From assembly GCA_030324005.1 (NCBI GenBank), contig JARDVH010000154.1, positions 30,268,212 through 30,332,211 on the forward strand: 64,000 nt of DNA, in the 5' to 3' direction. Position numbers and translations under genes: made by a program. Below the pieces are notes generated by a model, which worked only from the letters and a program-made list of their open reading frames with translations, had not been told where the DNA came from and did no database searches. Numbering within the stretch: position 1 is the first letter of the stretch; the number at the start of each line of letters is the position of its first letter. Source of the stretch: Negaprion brevirostris (Eukaryota). Shown here one piece after another: positions 22,981 to 36,790 of the stretch.

Positions 22981-24554
22981 TTCATCTATGATTCCAGATG
23001 TTTGTGTGATTTGATCAGGTTGAGTGGGCATATGCATTGCGGATGAAGTATACTGTGGATAGGTGTGAGGTTCTCCACTTCGGTAGCAAAAATAGGAAGG
23101 CAGATTATTATTGAATAGGCATAAATTGAGAGGTGAATACCCAATGAGACCTTTGTGTCCTTGTGCATCAATTGCTGAAAGTAAGTGTGCGAGTGCAGCA
23201 GGCAGTAAAGAAGGCAAATGTCATGTTGACCTTTCTAATGAGGATTTGAGCATAGAAATAGGGATGTTTTACTGGAATTGTACAGGGTATTAGTGAGGCC
23301 ACACCTGGAGTATTATGTGCCATTTTGGTGTCCTTATCTGAGGAAGGATGTCCTTGTTATAGAGGGAGTGCAATGAAGCTTTACCAGACAGATTCCTGGA
23401 ATAGCAAGTGTGTCATATGAGGAGAGACTAAGTCAGCTATGATTATACTCCATTGGAGTTTAGAAGAGTGAGAGGAGATCTCATAAAACTTATAAAATTC
23501 TAACAGGATTAGACAGGGTAGATTCAGAAAGAATGTTCTCGATGGTGGGGGAGTCCAGAACTAAGGGTCATAGTTTAGGAAAAGGGGCAGAAGTGAAGAG
23601 AAATTTCTTCACCCAAAGAGGGGTGAATCTGGAGTTCACAACCACAAAAAGTGGTTGAGGCTAAAATGTTGTGATTTCAGGAAGGGATTAGATATAGCTC
23701 TTGCGGCTAAAGAGATGGAGGGGTATGGGGGGAAAGTGAGACCAGAGTGTTGAATTTGATGATCAGCCATTATTATAGTAATTGGCTCGAAGGACTGAAT
23801 GGCTGCCTTCTATCTTCTGTGCAGTTAATCAGCAAAGCATGGCAAAGTGCCACATGAGTTGCACACTCTTACTCTGGCTGTCTGTTCTTGACTTTAGAGT
23901 TTTATAAAGGACAAACTTACATGTGCACAGGCTTTTAATCTTATTACAAAAAAAACTCCTAATGCCTGAAAAGAACTCTAAACTAGTGTAATAATGCTGC
24001 ACAGCACTCAAAACTGAGTTATTAATACAAAGTCTCCATTGAAAAGCATTGGCAAAACCCCACGTTTCTGCCAAGACGTTAACCAGTTCAAATCAAGCCC
24101 TTGCAACCCTTACCTTTAAAACACCGCCACAATATTCCTTCGGATCTGGTTGATACTTCTAACTTCCCACACGGTTAGAGCCGTAGATGCATGAATCAGG
24201 TTGACCGTTCCTGATTCCTCTTAATGATTGCAGTGCAAGACTCTATTGTCTTTGCTTTTTTATTACAAAACATTATCCAAAGTATCAAAGCATATTTCCT
24301 GGAGACATTCTGTTTGGATGGTCAGTGCTTAGCACCTTTTTAAACTTTTTTAGCCTGGTTCTTGTCTTGGTCCAGACAACCAGTGATCATAATATTTCCT
24401 CACCTGAAACAATGGACCCTGTTCAGGTGGGATGTTTCTGCCTCCAAGTTGGTATGCCTTGATAAAACTCATTTCTCCTTTGCTGTTGTGGATATTTGTA
24501 CAATGACTGTTTGTTTGAACCATCAGCTCTCTGGTGTATATGCACTTTCAGAAG

Positions 24555-25165
24555 ACATTTGACACAGTGTCACATAACTGACTTGTGAGGAAAATTATAG
24601 CTCGTGGAATAAAAGGGACAGCAGCAATGTGGATATAAAATTGGCTGAAGCAAAGAGAGATGATGTTGAACTTAAACAAGATACTAGTTCGATTTCAGCT
24701 GGAATATTATGTACAGTTTTGGGTGCCACACTATAGGAAGGATGTGATCGTATGAAAAGATGTACAAGAATGGTTCTAGGGATGAGACTTCAATTATGAT
24801 GATCAATTAGAGAGGTTGGGACTAGAGAAGCCTCAGAAGAGACCTGACAAAGAATCTCAAAATAATTAAGGGACTGGACGTAGTAAAAGGATCAAGAACA
24901 AGAGGACATAGATTAAAAGTGATTTGCAAAAGAAGCAGATGTGATGAGGAGGACTCTCTTTCGCACAACAAGTGGTTTGAGTCTGGAATGCTCTACCTGG
25001 AAGTGTGATGGAGGCAAATTGAATTGAGGCATTCAAGAGGCATTTGCTTCCAATGTGCAAGGGTATGGCGTAAAGGCAGGAGAATGGCACAAAGTCAGGA
25101 TGCTTGTTTGGAGAGTTGGTGCAGACATGAAGGACCAAATGGCCTCCCCCTGCGCTGTCACAGTT
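24555..25165 (+). mobile_element. CR1 LINE fragment
   Basis: LV(R)..LEY.VQF(W)..HYRKDV-type coding and CR1 3'UTR ending ggaccaaatggcctcc. Confidence 0.75.
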
Positions 25166-25649
25166 CCTAGATTTTTTAATTATCCAATGACCACTGTGTC
25201 TTTGGGATGGTAATGTCCCACTGTCTGTACGTGATATCAGCTTGGTTTTGGTATCAACATATTTTTAAGATTAACCCCTTGCAGTATTGTGTATTGAGGT
25301 TTGGCTTTTTTGTTTGCAGTGTTTATGTCCATGAAACTTTGGGGTTTTATATTTTTTAAAAAGTCCAGTTGCAGTTGATTCTGGTCCTACGTGTTTGTTT
25401 TACTTTGGATGGGTCAAGGAGGCAGGTCCCACGTCCGTCTAAGACAGAATAGGGGTCAGACCCTGTGCCATTGGGATTAATCTGCTCCACGCTACCTGTC
25501 CTAACTTAAATTTGCTAACAGCCCAACCGTTACATTTATTCATCCTGTGAGGAAGACATTTTCTCAATTATCACTACTAATTTGGTAAATTATTTTGTGT
25601 ATTCACACTGCCTTTACATCATGTTTTATTCTTGCCAGTGCTGAGCTTT

Positions 25650-26705
25650 AGAGTAATGTACTGGTGTGGATTGACAATTGGTTAACAACAGAAAACAGAG
25701 TAGGAATAAAAGGGTCATTCTCAGGTTGGCAAGCTGTGACTATTGGGGCATCGCAAGGATCCACGTTTGGGTTCCACTGTTCACAATCTTTCAATGATAA
25801 TGATTTGGGAACCAAATGTAATGTAATACAAGTTTGCTGTTGACCCAAGCTAGGTGGGAATGAGTTGAGGAAGATACAAAAGAGGCTTTGTAGGGATTTT
25901 GATTGTCTTGATGAGTGGGCAAGGACATGGAAGATGGAATATGACGTGAATAAGTATGAAATTATCCCCTTTGGTAGGAAAAACTAAAATGCATGGCTAA
26001 AAACTGGGAAGTGCTGATGTCCAGTTGGACCTGGATTCTCTTGAATCACTGAAAGCCAGTATGCAGCAATTAGGAAGGCAAATGGCATGTTGGCTGTTAT
26101 TGTAAGAGGGTTTGAACGCAACAATTAAGAAATCTTGCTGCAGTTGTATAGAACCATGGTGAGAAAATTGGCCTCCTGACTTAAAGAAGGATAAATGTGC
26201 CACGTAGGGAGTGCATCAAAAATTCACCTGACTGATTCCTAGGATGGAGGGATTATCTGATGAGGAAAGGTTGAAGAAACTGAGCCTATGTTCTATAGAG
26301 TTCAGAAGAATGAGAGGGTGATCTTTTTGAGACATATAAAGTTCTTAGAGCTGACAAGGTAGATGCAGGAAGGTTGCTTCCCCTGGCTAAAGGGTTGGGG
26401 GTGGGTTCTAAAATCAGGAGGCACTGTCTCAGAATAAAGGTAAGGTTGTTTAGAACTGAGATGAGGAATTTCTTTATTCAGACGGTAATGAATCTTTGGA
26501 ATTCTCTACCCTTGAGTGTGGTGACTCAATCATTGAGTATGCTTAAGGCAGAGATTGAAAGAAATCTAAATAGTGAAGACATCAAGGGATATGGGGATAG
26601 TTTGGGAAAATGCCATTGAGGTAGAAAATTAGTCATGATGTAATTGGTTGCTGAGCTAGCTTAAGAGGCTGAGTGGCCTACTCCTGTTCCTATTTTCTTT
26701 GTTCT
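25650..26705 (+). mobile_element. CR1 LINE 3' fragment
   Basis: Degenerate RT C-terminus and 3'UTR (gctgagtggcctactcctgttcctatt). Confidence 0.85.
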
Positions 26706-26871
26706 GCAGGTATTGGACTGCTTTAGAAGTATTCCCTTTGCCTTCCTAACGAATGTAAGGGTTACTGAAGTATGATAAAGCCTTTGATACTCAGACACGT
26801 ACATTCTTCATTTCAAAACCTAAATACATGATGTCAGCCTACCTATTCTGTCCTTGCTGAACATCTGTACA

Positions 26872-27871
26872 TTTAATATACAAAGGGATTTTAATACTTG
26901 AGTTATTTCTACTAACTCCTTTTAAGCATGATTCCAGATATGTTGGAAAACTTAAAATGATTGTAGTGTAAAGTACGGGTGATCCCTTTCAGTAGGATTC
27001 ACTGGATAATTTGTGTTTAGTACTTGTTCCTAGTTCTGGACACAAGTCTTCACCATTGCTTTGACCGGCATTGGCCTAGATTAGCACGGAACAAGGGCAA
27101 CGCTGGAGAACATTGTTGAGTGGTGCAGCATCAGTTAGTGAACTGTTTGAGTCCAAGGTATTGGACAGTTCTCATTTGAATTCCCTTGCTGATTGGTTTC
27201 AATTGCTGGAACTTGTGAAATTATCACATGAAGAGATTAGCATTGTCAAGAGTATCTGATGCTAGTGTTGTTCCACTGTTGATTATTAATAGCAAGGCTG
27301 TGCTCAGATGGCAGAATTTCACAGAATGGAAACGTTTCCCTAATAGAAAGCTCTAGATTGAGACCTGGCACTGGGGAAGAAAGCACTTTCTTCATTTTTT
27401 GAAAATACTTAGTGACTTCTGATATTTTTCCATGTTTTGATATTCATCAATTATAGTTTTAAACATTTCTGTTCCTATCTAGGAAGTCTCTGGAACATTC
27501 CCAGAACTAACAATTCAGCATTGTTTTATTATAATGACCCATTGTTTAAAACAAATTTATACGGTGAAGCACAATGCTTTTTAGTGTGAAATTAAAATGT
27601 TATGCATTAATTGCATTTGCTGTGTTTATTGGTATGTCTATTTAAATATACTTATTCCAGTGGCCTGTGCTGCTCACTAAAACAGAAACAAGCCATTTTA
27701 TTTTTTGTCTTTATAGCTGAGGGAAAAGAATTGACAAGATGCCATCATGTAATGGAAAATCTATTGTTTAATATACAAAGGGATTTTAATACTTGAATTA
27801 TTTCTACTAATTCCTTTTAAGCATGATTCCAGACATGTTGGAAAACTTAAAATGATTGTATTGTAAAGTAC
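26872..27871 (+). repeat. ~105-bp direct repeat pair (26872-26976 and 27767-27871)
   Basis: tttaatatacaaagggattttaatacttga...aaatgattgta.tgtaaagtac occurs twice with few substitutions. Confidence 0.9.
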
Positions 27872-29659
27872 CGGTAAAAATGCACTGTTCATTTTCAGTT
27901 CTGTTAAGTACTCTTTCACTCTAAGTATTGCCTGTGCATTATAAGAACATACTACAAACTGTTTTTCATCCCAAATAGATCATTTTTGTTAAGCATAATC
28001 TACTTTTGGCTTTCAACATTTTTAAAAAGAAAACAATGTATGCAGAAAATTTACCGACATAACTNNNNNNNNNNNNNNNNNNNNNNNNNNNNNNNNNNNN
28101 NNNNNNNNNNNNNNNNNNNNNNNNNNNNNNNNNNNNNNNNNNNNNNNNNNNNNNNNNNNNNNNNNNNNNNNNNNNNNNNNNNNNNNNNNNNNNNNNNNNN
28201 NNNNNNNNNNNNNNNNNNNNNNNNNNNNNNNNNNNNNNNNNNNNNNNNNNNNNNNNNNNNNNNNNNNNNNNNNNNNNNNNNNNNNNNNNNNNNNNNNNNN
28301 NNNNNNNNNNNNNNNNNNNNNNNNNNNNNNNNNNNNNNNNNNNNNNNNNNNNNNNNNNNNNNNNNNNNNNNNNNNNNNNNNNNNNNNNNNNNNNNNNNNN
28401 NNNNNNNNNNNNNNNNNNNNNNNNNNNNNNNNNNNNNNNNNNNNNNNNNNNNNNNNNNNNNNNNNNNNNNNNNNNNNNNNNNNNNNNNNNNNNNNNNNNN
28501 NNNNNNNNNNNNNNNNNNNNNNNNNNNNNNNNNNNNNNNNNNNNNNNNNNNNNNNNNNNNNNNNNNNNNNNNNNNNNNNNNNNNNNNNNNNNNNNNNNNN
28601 NNNNNNNNNNNNNNNNNNNNNNNNNNNNNNNNNNNNNNNNNNNNNNNNNNNNNNNNNNNNNNNNNNNNNNNNNNNNNNNNNNNNNNNNNNNNNNNNNNNN
28701 NNNNNNNNNNNNNNNNNNNNNNNNNNNNNNNNNNNNNNNNNNNNNNNNNNNNNNNNNNNNNNNNNNNNNNNNNNNNNNNNNNNNNNNNNNNNNNNNNNNN
28801 NNNNNNNNNNNNNNNNNNNNNNNNNNNNNNNNNNNNNNNNNNNNNNNNNNNNNNNNNNNNNNNNNNNNNNNNNNNNNNNNNNNNNNNNNNNNNNNNNNNN
28901 NNNNNNNNNNNNNNNNNTTTTTAAAAAGAAAACAATGTATGCAGAAATTTTACCGACATAACTAGTCCAAATTGTGTTTCTACACGTGAAGATCATCAGT
29001 AAAATTCAGATGCAATTGCTTTGTCATGTTGTTTTAAACAAATTTTTATTTTGGAAATGTTAGTTAACTATTTCCTGGCCTAATGTATTATTTATAAATG
29101 GACATTGCTTAATAACATCACAGGATTCTTGTGCTGAATTTTCAATTAGGCTTGCAAGTTTGAATCCCAGTGCTGCTTTTAATTGCAACCTTACTGACAC
29201 AATGGTAATGGAGAATTTTTCCATTAGCGAGGAAAATCGATATTTTGCTTCACTTAAAAGTATTGAATAATATTGGCATTGCTCATGGAGTCCACAGTTG
29301 ACTAATGCTCTCTTTTGGTTGAAATGTAATATGTAAATTGGGTGAGGATGAGAAATTGGTGCCTTTTAAATGTCTACTTGGTTAGTTTTGGGGTTAACTG
29401 CAGAATGGATAGTTAGACTGTAACGTATTGTCTGATTTGACTCTTGTTGGCTGGAATTTACAATAATAGAACCAAACATTGCCACTTATGCATTTCTTTT
29501 ATCTGTGATCAAAATTATAACCATAGGCTATTGACGGTAATGCAGTGCATGTCTGATAAAGGGTGCCATTTGTCGAGTAAAGTGCAAAATTTAAATTGTG
29601 CAGGATTTAAGGTAGATGTGGCAGTTAGTCAGACAAAAACAAGTGTTACTCCTGTATTA

Positions 29660-30250
29660 ACATAAAAAAAATAGAAAATTGGAGCAGGAATAGGCCATTT
29701 GCCCTTCAAGTCCATTCTACCATTCATTATGATCAATCTTGGCTGATCATCCAACTCAGTTACCTGTTCCCATATTCAGCCCCACTCCCTTTGATACCTT
29801 TAGCTTCACAAACTATATCTAACTCCTCCTTGAAAACAAACAATGTTTTGACCTCAACTGCTTTCTCTGGTAGAAAATTTCATATGCTCACCACTCTCTG
29901 GTTGGAGAAATTTCTCCTCATCTCAGTGCTAAATGGTTTACCCCATATCCTCAGACTGTGACTCTTGGTTCTGGAGTTCCCTGCCATCAGAAACATCCTT
30001 CCTGCATCTACCCTGTCTAGTGTTGCTCAAATTTTATAGGTTTCTATGAGATCCTTCCTCATTTTTCTCCAGCGAATATAATCATCAACTCAATCTCTCC
30101 TCATAAGTTAGTCCTGCCATCTCAGGAATCAGTCTGGCAAACCTTTGCTGCACTCCCTCCATAGTAAGAACAGTCTTCCTCAGATAAGGAGAGCAAAACT
30201 GCACACAGTATTCCAAGTGTGGTCTTACCATGGTCCTGTATAATTGCACT
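29660..30250 (-). mobile_element. CR1 LINE 3' fragment
   Basis: Minus-strand 3'UTR (ggagcaggaataggccatt) and ORF2 end. Confidence 0.9.
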
Positions 30251-31019
30251 AAAGGTTCAGAAGTGATAAATATTCAACATCAACTTCAGAATGTACCAGT
30301 GTTTGTGTTATGTTTAATTGACTATGTATTATAACCCTTCAACAATTGCAGCTATTTGGAACTATGCAGCTTTGAATAAAGAGAAATGTATCTCAATGGA
30401 AAATTTGTCCATCACTCATTTCCCCACATGCTCAAACTTCTTAATTTATTGTTGGGCTTTTCACATTAAACATTTATGTTCATGTTTTGTACATAAAAGA
30501 TAAATAAAATTTACATTTACTTATTTGTGTGTGAACATGCAGTTAATGAAAATAAACTAAAGCGTACCTTCAGAAGAAAATTTTTTTTCAGCCATAATAG
30601 TTGTCTTAATGCTTGAAAAATATTAGTATTGATTGGTGACAATTTAAAATATTTGCTAGAAATACAATTAAATAACAAACTTGTATCTAATGATTTTAAA
30701 CAATTGTCACGAGAAGTAATCCTGACTTGTATGAATGATCAAATTTGATGGTTTAAAAAATTTCTTTATAGATTACAAATTCTGAGGTTGGGGGGGAGGA
30801 GGAGGAAGGAAGATTCGACATGAGTGCTGAATTTGACTACCTGGTCTTCAAGTTTAGGAAATCTGTGAAATTGGGGTGGGTTTGGATTTCTTTTCTGTGG
30901 ATCAAGCAATAATATTTCAGAAATCAATTAAAATTCTAGTTAAGTACTAGGCTCCACCAGCATATTTGACCATTCTTTCAGAATAGTCATATTTGAAGAA
31001 GACATGTCTTTTTTAAAAA

Positions 31020-31450
31020 ATCATTCTTAATGGCTTAAGTCAGCATTTATTGCACACCCCTAATTGCCCTTGCAAAGGTGGTGGTGAGCAGCCTTGAACT
31101 GCTACAGTCCACATGGTGTAGGCACACCTGCAGTGCAGTTAGGGAGGGGCTTCCAGGATTTTGACTTAGTCATAGTGAAGGAATAGCGATATATTTCCAA
31201 GTCAGGATGGTGCATAGTTTGGTGTGCCCCTGGGTGCCTGCTGCCCTTGTCCTTCCAGTTGGGAATGGTCATAGGTCTGGAAGGTGGCTTGGTGAGTGCT
31301 TGCAGAGCAAGTGGAGAGTATTCCATTGTACTTTTGACTTGTACTTTGTTGATGTTGGACAGGCTTTTAGGAATGAGGAGATGAGATACACGCCACAGGG
31401 TTTCAAGCTTCTGACCTGCTCTTGTAACCACAGTATTTATATGGCTAGTT
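31020..31450 (-). mobile_element. Second LINE family 3' fragment
   Basis: cagcatttattgcacacccctaattgcccttg tail; ORF remnant KVQVKSTMEYSPLA. Confidence 0.8.
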
Positions 31451-31462
31451 CATTTCTAGAGA

Positions 31463-31647
31463 ACTAGACAGGGTAGATGCAGGAAGGATGTTCCTGATGG
31501 CAGGGAATTCTAGAACCAGGAGTCACAGTCTGAGGATATGGGGTAAAACATTTAGCCCCGAGATGAGGAGAAATTTCTCTACCCAGAGAGTTGTGAGCTT
31601 ATGAAATTTTCTACCAGAGAAAGCAGTTGAGGCCAAAACATTGTTTG
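31463..31647 (+). mobile_element. CR1 fragment, inverted copy of 29837-30021
   Basis: Reverse complement aligns end to end over ~185 bp with roughly 90% identity by eye. Confidence 0.85.
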
Positions 31648-31651
31648 GAGA

Positions 31652-31782
31652 ACTCTCACTTACCTGACGAAGGAGCAGTGTTCCGAAAGCTCAGAGCTTT
31701 TGCTACCAAATAAACCTGTTGGACTTTAACCTGGTGTTGTGAGACTTCTTACTGTGTTTACCCCAGTCCAACGCCGGCATCT
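31652..31782 (+). mobile_element. Penelope-type tail with hammerhead core relic
   Basis: ctgacga-aggagcagtgttcc-gaaa-gctc, then ccaaataaacctgttggactttaacctggtgttgtgagacttctt as at 14629-14715. Confidence 0.75.
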
Positions 31783-32101
31783 GGTCAGTGGTAACCCCAG
31801 GATGTTTCATTGCGTTGTATGTTGTGCCAAAGAAAACTGAATCCAATGCTATGTGTTCTACAATAAAAACTTTTTTATGATCCATGCTTTTTGAGATGAA
31901 AAGACTAAAACTACTTACACCTGTGAAAGAGATTTTTCCATTGTGTGTATTTCTAGCTCACAACTGCACATATCATGTTTCTCAAATTTTTGGTCATGCT
32001 TTTTGTTGTAATGTTAGCAAACTAGTTTTGATTGCAGTTATGCAACCTGTATGTTTCACACCTTCAGTTGTGTGGATGTTGCAAAATGAAAATTAATTAT
32101 A

Positions 32102-32504
32102 CAGACAGTCCTTGGACTTATGACACAGTTGGTTCCTGAAGTCAAAACTTATAACTCAGAAGTGATGTTGTAAATGGAGTTTGGTTTCCGAACCAAGGTC
32201 CGATGCTCTATTTTCACCAGAATCACCCAGAACTTTGTATTCTTGGAAGAAGAAATATCACTAGCACCAGATTTATGCTTTTCTGCCATTATTACGGACC
32301 AAGAAACTCTTATTTTAAAAAGAAGGAAAATCAAAAACACCAAGTTCTGTAAAAATGCACCAAGATAGCGACTGACTGTGTCTGCACGCAGGCGTAGTTA
32401 CAGAAAGTCAAAACTGACTTGGGAATGTGGAAATGGCATAAATTTATAAATGTCATAAGCACCATTCATTATAACTTCAAAGTCATAAAGTTAAGGACTG
32501 CCTG
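32102..32504. mobile_element. Tc1/mariner (Tigger-like) non-autonomous element
   Basis: TIRs cagacagtccttggacttatgac / gtcataaagttaaggactgcctg, TA on both sides. Confidence 0.85.
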
Positions 32505-32974
32505 TAAATACTTCCAAGAGACCGTGCTAACCATCAGAATGAGGCTACTCTGACTTAGGAAGTCCATACCAACAATCAAAGTCCACAGCTCCTGCAAAGA
32601 TACTGCCACTCTGGATTTGCCACTGCCATCCATTAAACTTTTGTCAGTTTTTCCATAGGAACCAGCAACCTACTGATCATCTCTGTTCCCATAGAGTTTG
32701 TCTAATCCTTAGTTGATTCTGAAACTTGCTTGAGTTTAATTCTTATCACGTGGAAGAAATCATGTAAAACTGATGATATTTTGGGTAAATTTGCTCTGAG
32801 AATAACTGGCCTTTTGAATAAAGGACGATGTCCGTCGAGCTTGCTTTTGTTTTTGATGTCAAAGTCTAAACGGAGTTTTTGGACAGTGTAAAACAATTTT
32901 AGTGTCTAGTCGATCTGAAAGTATAAAGGTGGGAAATTATTTTTTCATGTGCATTTTTGCTGTTGCTGTTAGTG

Positions 32975-33530
32975 GGGTGGCTCGATGGCATAGTGATTAG
33001 CACTGTTGCTTCACCATGCCAGGAACCTGGGTTCGATTCCTGGCTTGAGTCACTGTCTGTGCAGAGTCTGCATGTTCTCCTGTGTCTGCATTGGTATCCC
33101 CCAGGTGCTCCGGTTTCTTTCCACAATCGGAAAGATGTGCTTGTTAGGTGCATTGGCTATGCTAAATTCTCCCTCAGTGTACCCGAAGAGGTCGTCAACA
33201 ACAACAACAACACACACAGCACGGGAAACAGGCCCTTCGGCCCAACGAGCCCGCGCCGCCGTCCCATTGTCTCAGTNNNNNNNNNNNNNNNNNNNNNNNN
33301 NNNNNNNNNNNNNNNNNNNNNNNNNNNNNNNNNNNNNNNNNNNNNNNNNNNNNNNNNNNNNNNNNNNNNNNNNNNNCACACCCCCACTACCCTTTGCGTG
33401 AAAAACTGCCCTCTAATATTTGTCTTATACCTAGCCCCCCTCACCCTAAGCTCATGTCCCCTCGTTCTATCCATTTCTAATAGCGGAAGTCTGCTGGCTA
33501 GGGATTTTCTCAGTAACTTCATTGTAGTGT
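32975..33530 (+). mobile_element. V-SINE (alternative-tail subfamily) with nested minus-strand CR1 3' end at ~33205-33480
   Basis: A/B-box head (gggttcgattcc), V core, tail resumes gctagggattttctcagtaacttcattg after the CR1 piece. Confidence 0.8.
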
Positions 33531-33599
33531 TATTGTTTTTAAACTGAATATTTATTTATACTGAAGTAAAATTTAGAATCAGAGCTTCTGGAAAAACTA

Positions 33600-33689
<90 letters not shown>

Positions 33690-33692
33690 CTA

Positions 33693-33782
<90 letters not shown>

Positions 33783-34879
33783 CTACGTAAGCCTACTTGT
33801 AACATTAACTAATCAACTTGCACACTGACATGTTATCAGTTTAAAGTTTATATATGTAAATGATATGTTGATTGGTATTCAAAAAAGGCAAAACAAAAAT
33901 GTATTTTTCATTGTTTGGTCCTCTTTCGGGTTTAGGGAATAGTTTAATATTGCTTGTTAAACTTTTGCTGAACTCTGAAATTTTACTCCAGCTTTCATAG
34001 TTGTAAATCACATTCTAAAATCAATATTGGTGATTGTTTATCTAATTTTCTCAGTGTGGTGTGTCGTGTTTTGTTTTGTCTGCCAGAAGTTTGCACTTAT
34101 TTTTCTGTCCGTATTTCATGCATCTACAACAGTGAGTGGCAGAAGAGCAACAAAGAAAATTAAAATTTGAGTATCTCCCTTTATTCACTTTTCCACCCCC
34201 CTCCAGTCACCCTAACACCAAAAGAATTAAAATGGCTGAACACCAGGAACATAAATGCTCACAGATGCAGCAATGTTAGATAATTCTGCATTATTTTGCT
34301 TGAGTTAGCAGGGTTAGTTAACATCTGATTGTATAGTTGTTAGAAAAAGCAACCACTTGCCTCTGCTCTCGATGCATTTTGATCTACATTATATCTGCAT
34401 GTCTATTTACACATGGATTTCTGTATATAACGCAACTAGTGCATTATTTTTTGTAACACTTTAGTTATTCTATTATAAATGCTAAATGGCCATTGAAAAA
34501 AATACAAATCAGAATTGAAGCTTGTAATCTACAAGTATTTTCCCGTACCAAGCAATAATCTGAAAATTTGTTCACTTAATGTTGCGATTTTGGTGCGTTG
34601 AACAATATAGTTTCATTTTCGCAGCAGCAGTATAATACACTGCATTGCACAATGCATCCATGCAGCCTTTATAAAACCTTGACACAATTTGTTGGAACAA
34701 TGCATCGTGGAGTGTGTCCTATTTTCAAGCTTTTTGCTTACCCTTCTCGAAAAAACCTTGTAGCTTGCACATTGATGGATGTGTGAGGCCAACAGTAAAA
34801 ATAACCAATGATACTAACAGTGTAGTTCCTTAATATGTGTGATTTAAGGATTAAAAAAGAGAAACTAATGAGAGAAGGA

Positions 34880-35420
34880 AATGGGGTGAATTCAGGTGTA
34901 AATTAGATACAAAAAGAAAAATTAAGAGAAATAGATTGGAAAAGAAAGATTAGATTGAGAGACAATGATGGAAAGGAAAAGTTTTTTTGATTTTTACAAT
35001 CCTAGGTACAATTTATTTCTGCAAGAATGAGACTCCACATTTTGTTACTCCCTTTTTGAACAGGGAAGTTGAATGGCATTGCAGGAACGTAAATCTCATT
35101 ATTAAAAGGACTCCTGCATTGTGGAATACCAGCCCTAACTTTTGTGTGGCATGCCTAATTTGTTTTAGCAGCACTAATGCCACAATTTTTGGAAGCACGG
35201 GCGTTTGATAACCTTGCAGGGACAGAAGGTTGCGAGTGGAACAGCAATAGTGATTCAGCAGTTTGTGAATCACATGGTATCTGCTCCTCATCACAAATTC
35301 CTGAGTTATTTGCACACACGTAAAAACAATAAAATAGTGCACACATTAAGCTTGCTGTTATTTTTCCCCAGCAAATTCAGAGAAAACCTGTACCACCTTA
35401 TGAGCAGAAGAAATGTTGTT
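34880..35420. repeat. Old interspersed repeat of unresolved class (related piece ~63480-63720)
   Basis: Shared ordered motifs (GA-rich run, aaaaagtttttt, gaatga.a..cca, aatctca). Confidence 0.3.
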
Positions 35421-35439
35421 TGGTTAATGATTTCCTGTC

Positions 35440-36110
35440 TACTTGAACCTATTTTCAACTCTGTTCTGTATCTGACTCCACATGAGCTTCCGACCATACG
35501 TGCGTGCCATTACAATTTCCAACACTTGTAACAGTGTCTGACTCTGTCCCTACCTCAACTTATTTGCTGCTGAAATCCTCATCATTTCTCTCTGATCTCT
35601 AGACTATTTGTCACATTTCTGGCCAGGCTTACATCTTCCATCATAACTTCATCTAAAACTCTGCTGCCAATTGTCGTAACTCAAAAGTACCATTCATATC
35701 TCTCCAATGCTCATAGAACCACATTGGCTTCTTGTTGACCAGTGCCTTGATTATAAAGTTCTTGTCCTTGTTATCAAATCACCCCACCCCTCCACAAACA
35801 TGACCTTACTCCTCCCTATCTGTGTAAGCTCCAACAGTTCCAGCCACTTGTCCCTGGTTTTAATTGCTCAATTATTGGCAGCCTTGCCTTAAGCTGCTGT
35901 GTCCCTGAGTTGTGGAATTTCATCCCTAACCCTCTTTACCTGTCTTTTCTCCTTTTAGGGCACTTCCTTAAAATGTATCTCTTTGATGAAACATTTGTTC
36001 ATCTGCCTTAATATACATCTATGTGACGCCGTGTCAGATATTGTGTGATATCACTTTTGTAAAATGCCTTGGGCTTAACTATTTTAAGGGAGCTACATAA
36101 AATATATACT
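35440..36110 (+). mobile_element. L2 LINE 3' fragment
   Basis: Degenerate A.E.L(I)...SRLDY, NSAA, HWL.V...DYKVL motifs and L2-type tail (gtaaaatgccttggg...gctacataaaat). Confidence 0.75.
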
Positions 36111-36474
36111 CGTAAATGTTGACCTCATGATTTTTGACCTAAGAAAGTGAAATTTTTCATATATCTCGCAACAGTCAATCTTAGTTTTGTCAGGGACCAT
36201 AGTCCAAAGATTTCACAATCAAAGGCTGTGTGGGTTTTGGAAGAGAAGCCTTTGCTTCATATGCTTGGGCTATGATTGGAAAGAGAAGTGAAACCAACTA
36301 TTATTTCTCAAAACAGGTAAAGATAGCCAAAAGGTAATCCTAGTTGACATAAAAATTACAAATATAATCACAATGATGGTTTTGTAGTTGAAATTATAAA
36401 TGGTGATGTGCTTTTTTATGATGGAGAGAAACATTGCACAATGCAAGAACAGGAAATGGATTCACTGACATAAA

Positions 36475-36790
36475 TAGAATTCCTCCAGTACAGAAGGAGG
36501 CCATTAGACCCCCTAAGTCTGTACTGACAATAATCCCATCCAAGCTGTCTCCTCATACCCCCACATATTTACCCTGCTAGTACCCCTGACACCAAGGGTC
36601 AATTTAGTATGGCTAATCAACCCAACCTGCACATCTTTGGCATGTGGGAGGAAACCAGAGCACCTGGAGGAAATCCACACAGACACAATGTGTAAACTCC
36701 AAGCGGACAGTCACCCAAGGCTGTAATTGAATTTGGGTCCCTGGTGCTGTGAGGCAGCAGTGCTAACAGCTGCATCACTGTCCTGCCCAC
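36475..36790 (-). mobile_element. HE1-type V-SINE
   Basis: Tail, V core and head as in 2297-2634. Confidence 0.9.

Larger units (their letters stand above)
21240..23820 (+). mobile_element. CR1 LINE fragments (21240-21690; 21700-22125 continuing 22990-23820)
   Basis: CR1 RT motifs ([28 protein letters not shown]) and CR1 3'UTR; split by SINE and duplication. Confidence 0.85.

Noticed and set aside
28019-28964. 46-bp direct repeat on both sides of an N gap
   Set aside because: Repeat sits exactly at contig ends; most likely unmerged overlap or haplotype artefact.
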